Positions 57,770 to 64,000 of a stretch of 64,000 bases of DNA are shown piece after piece. Made by a program: the position numbers and the translations under genes. The stretch's first letter is position 1; every line of letters starts with the position of its first letter. Location of the stretch: contig CAXHJY010000661.1 in assembly GCA_964016885.1 (NCBI GenBank), positions 14,157-78,156 of the forward strand, read 5' to 3'. This stretch comes from Eledone cirrhosa (lineage: Eukaryota). The notes under the pieces are model-generated. The model did not search any database and had not been told where the DNA came from. It worked only from the letters and a program-made list of their open reading frames with translations.

Positions 57770-57952
57770 ATTGTTTCTACTTTTGGCACAAGGCCAGCAA
57801 TTTCTCAGTGTATTACTGGTACTTTATTTGATCGACCCCGTAAGGATGAAAGTAAAGTTAACCTCGGCGGGATTTGAACTCAGAATGGCAAGGGCCGTAA
57901 CTCTATGCGTCAAAGCAAGGCGTCCGACTCTCTACCGATACTGCCAATCCAC
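57770..57952 (-). mobile_element. tRNA-derived SINE
   Basis: Reverse complement of the 13165 family. Confidence 0.85.
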
Positions 57953-58074
57953 ATGATAATGGTTGCGTTAATGGGGTAGTGGTGGGATGGTGGTGCCGGT
58001 GGAGAATTCATTTTAAGGGCAGTGATAACTTGATGGCGGTGTGTGTTGGACGGGAATAATACCACAGGCAGCGA

Positions 58075-58392
58075 CATCTCCAGCGGCAACTTGGTGCAGT
58101 CTGCGGTTAATCCAGGCTCTGCTGCACTTCGGGCCGACGAGGGTAAACTCTCCAAATATCGGTCCCTCTCCGACAGGTTTGCGGTCGAGCCCGTAGCAGT
58201 GGAGACTTCTGGTGTCCTTGGCCCTAGGACCAACTCCCTACTCACCACAATCGGCACAGAGTTGGCTACCAGCAGGTGTAAGTTTCACCAGCTGGACTGA
58301 CTCTTTCAACGCATCTCCCTTACCATCCTCCGGGGAAACGACTTCTCTATTCTGTCCACCGGGACCGCTAGCACGTGGGTGGGCTCCCATAT
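58075..58392 (+). mobile_element. CRE-like non-LTR 3' fragment
   Basis: GSAALRADEGKLSKYRSL..F.VEPVAVETSGVLG...LFQRISLTILRGN; this is the region that follows the motif seen at 38158. Confidence 0.75.
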
Positions 58393-58404
58393 AATAGTAG
58401 AAAT

Positions 58405-59190
58405 AGGGAGAGTGAGAGAGACGGAGGAAGTGAGTGAAAGAGAGAGGTGGGGAGAGTGAAAGAGAGAGATGGAGAGATTGAGAGAGATGGAAGCAGTGAG
58501 TGAAAGAGAGAGGTGGGGAGAGTGAGAGAGAGAGGTGGGGAGAGAGTGAGAGAGAGAGGTGGGGAGAGTGAGAGAGACGGAGACAGTGAGTGAAAGAGAG
58601 AGGTGGGGAGAGTGAAGAGAGAGGTGAGAGAGTGAGAGAGAGGTAGGGAGAGTGAAGAGATAGGTGGGGAGAGTGAAGAGAGAGGTGAGAGAGTGAGAGA
58701 GACGGAGTCAGTGAGTGAAAAAGAGAGGTGGGGAGAGTGAGAGAGACGGAGGCAGTGAGTGAAAAAGAGAGGTGGAGAGAGTGAAAGAGATGGAGGCAGT
58801 GAGTGAAAGAGAGAGGTGGCGAGAGTGAGAGAGGTGGGGAGAGTGAAAGAGAGAGGTGGGGAGAGTGAAAGAGAGAGGTGGGGAAAGTGAAAGAGAGAGG
58901 TGGGGAGAGTGAGAGAGATGGAGGCAGTGAGTGAAAGAGAGAGGTGGAGAGAGTGAGAGAGATGGAGGCAGTGAGTGAAAGAGAGAGGTGGGGAGAGTGA
59001 GAGAGATGGAGGCAGTGAGTGAAAGAGAGGTGGAGAGAGTGAGAGAGATGGAGGCAGTGAGAGAGTGAGAGAGATGGAGGCATTGAGTGAAAGAGAGAGA
59101 TGGGGAGGGTGAAAGAGATGGATGGGGAGAGTGATGAGAGATGGAGGCAGTGAGTGAAAGAGAGAGGTGGGGAAAGTGATGAGAGAGAAC
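58405..59190. repeat. GA-rich minisatellite
   Basis: gagagaggtggggagagtga / gatggaggcagtgagtgaaa units. Confidence 0.92.
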
Positions 59191-59332
59191 ATTCGGAAGG
59201 CCGCGGATTTATCCATATATATTTTTATAGGAACGATCGACTTTTTTTGTCAAATCGGACCGAGGGAACAATGTTTCCGTTGGTCTTTCCAATTGCTAAT
59301 ACTATCTATCGGTCGCAACTCCAGGTAGAAGG

Positions 59333-59441
59333 AGCAACGTGAAATAAAGTGTCTTGCTCAAGGACATAACGCATCGCCTGGTCCAGGAATCGAACTCACA
59401 ACCTTACGATTGCGAATACAATTCTCTAACCACTCAGCCAC
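59333..59441 (-). mobile_element. Head of a second tRNA-derived SINE family
   Basis: Minus strand tggctgagtggtt (A box), gagttcgattcc (B box), gtccttgagcaagacactt. Confidence 0.75.
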
Positions 59442-59476
<35 letters not shown>

Positions 59477-59819
59477 CATATATACATATATATATACATA
59501 TATATACATATATATATACATATATATACATATATATATACATATATATACATATATATCCATATATATATACATATATATACATATATATCCATATATA
59601 TATACATATATATATATACATATATATCTATATATATATATCTATATACACATATATATATAAAAATGGCGTAGATATACAATACAACAGGAGGAACATA
59701 ATAGTATCACTGATGATGTTGCAGGTGTGCAACGAAAGAACTTTGTTAGACTATATATATGTGTTTATATCTATATTATATCTATATATATATACATACA
59801 TGTATATACTCATATATAT

Positions 59820-60527
59820 ATATATTATATTTAGAGTATACTCTCAAAGAGTCATTTACAATTAATTAGCTCAAAGAAAGAAGCATTTCCGAGCCGTGTA
59901 ATACAAGTTAATATAAATTAATATATGATAAACACCTAAGTGTTTGTATTGTCATATATTAATTTATATTAACTTGTATTACACGGCTCGGAAATGCTTC
60001 TTTCTTTGAGCTAATTAATTGTAAATGACTCTTTGAGTGTATACTCTAAATATAATATATTACTGCTCCTTCGGTTGAGCTAATCTTTAATCCCATATAA
60101 ACGGCTGTTATTTCTAGTGCCATGAGTATGAGAGGCTAGTGAGCTGGAAGAACCGAGTGCAAAACCTCGTGCGTTTGTGCTCGTAAACCAGACCTTCAGA
60201 ATTTTTTCGAGGTGAAGTAACCTAATTTTTCTGGGTACCTATTGATAAGCACAGAAAATTGATTATTTCACTCTTATACCATCGTTTGCGAAACATTATT
60301 TGGATTTTGAGGTTCAGATTGATCTGCGGTAAAGGTTTGAATTTTGAAATTTAAATTTGTCTAAATACCACGGCTATTTGCTAATATAAGTTTTTGTATA
60401 TTAATTTATTATTTTTTAAATCGATACAGGCAGGCTATATTAATTTGAATTAGTTTGTTTCATTCTAGCTAACTTTTGTCTTTTACAATACAAAAACTTA
60501 GGTGTTTATCATATATTAATTTATATT

Positions 60528-60530
<3 letters not shown>
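59820..60530. mobile_element. Fold-back element with a terminally redundant 557-bp unit
   Basis: 59820-59927 is the reverse complement of 59953-60060. The reverse complement of 59907-59952 recurs at 60485-60530 with one mismatch. Confidence 0.8.
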
Positions 60531-60564
<34 letters not shown>

Positions 60565-60566
<2 letters not shown>

Positions 60567-61146
60567 AGGGCGGGTAAAATTCCCGAGATTCAGGGATGAG
60601 TTCTCTCCAGGGTCTCTGTCCCTCATTATCGCTGCCATGTCCTGCGTCACTAACAGACCAGTGTCTGTGCTTAGGGCATCAACATACGTTAACCTTGGTC
60701 TTCCCCTTCCAGTGTGTCCATGTAGGGGTTCCCACAGGAGCACTGAGTGCAATGTCAACTCTGGATGTCGGTGCGCATGTCCACCTAACCCCTGTCTCCT
60801 CTGTGTCACTTTTGTGCTGACTTTTTGGGAAGCCGGAGGGGATCACTAATCTAGGCGGGAAGCCGCTAGAATTGGTTGAGGACTTCCTGTGTTTGGGAGC
60901 AAAGATTGGGAATACGGAAGATGATGTGGTTGAGAGGAAGAGTAAAGCCTGGGCGGCGTGCCACAGCTTGAGATCGATGTGGGAGTCGGACCTTGGTAAA
61001 GACCTGAAAATCGCTTCTTCATTGCTGTAGTAGAGGCTGTGCTGCTGTATAAGTCTGAGACTTGGACACTGACCAAGAAACTCACTCAGATGGTGGATGG
61101 GTGCTACACGAGAATGTTGAGGATGGCTCTGAAGATTAATCAGTAT
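60565..61146. mobile_element. RTE-clade LINE 3' end with 5' inversion
   Basis: Minus 60565 to ~60835: LPKVSTKVTQRR..GRPRLTYVD. Plus ~60838-61146: LELVEDF.CLG...KAWAAC...VLLY.SETWTLTKK...RMAL. Confidence 0.88.

Positions 61147-64000
<2,854 letters not shown>

Overview
AT-rich eukaryotic DNA that is mostly non-coding and full of microsatellites. The SINE types and (TA)n load suggest a cephalopod such as Octopus (inference). Nearly all long ORFs in the track are translations of simple repeats. The main signal is a hammerhead ribozyme (HHR) / Penelope-like element (PLE) system targeting (TA)n. It has four parts: (1) a ~474-482 bp tandem array at 1-3380 with one intact type I HHR per unit, resembling a retrozyme or ribozyme satellite; (2) two decayed head-to-head copies of a PLE (RT + GIY-YIG, Naiad-like) at 13.5-18.3 kb, with an HHR in the terminal repeat; (3) more than 15 short non-coding inserts from several unrelated families, mostly asymmetric fold-back palindromes carrying HHR motifs with compensatory changes (stem I covariation, U3:A8 core pair); (4) a tRNA-like head fused exactly at a predicted HHR cleavage site. 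Also present: RTE fragments with 5' inversions, CR1/L2 and CRE fragments, many tRNA-derived SINEs, a SINE-seeded 122-bp satellite, a non-autonomous Helitron, mariner-type MITEs, and three candidate small minus-strand exons of a host gene. All structures were folded by eye; no searches were run.
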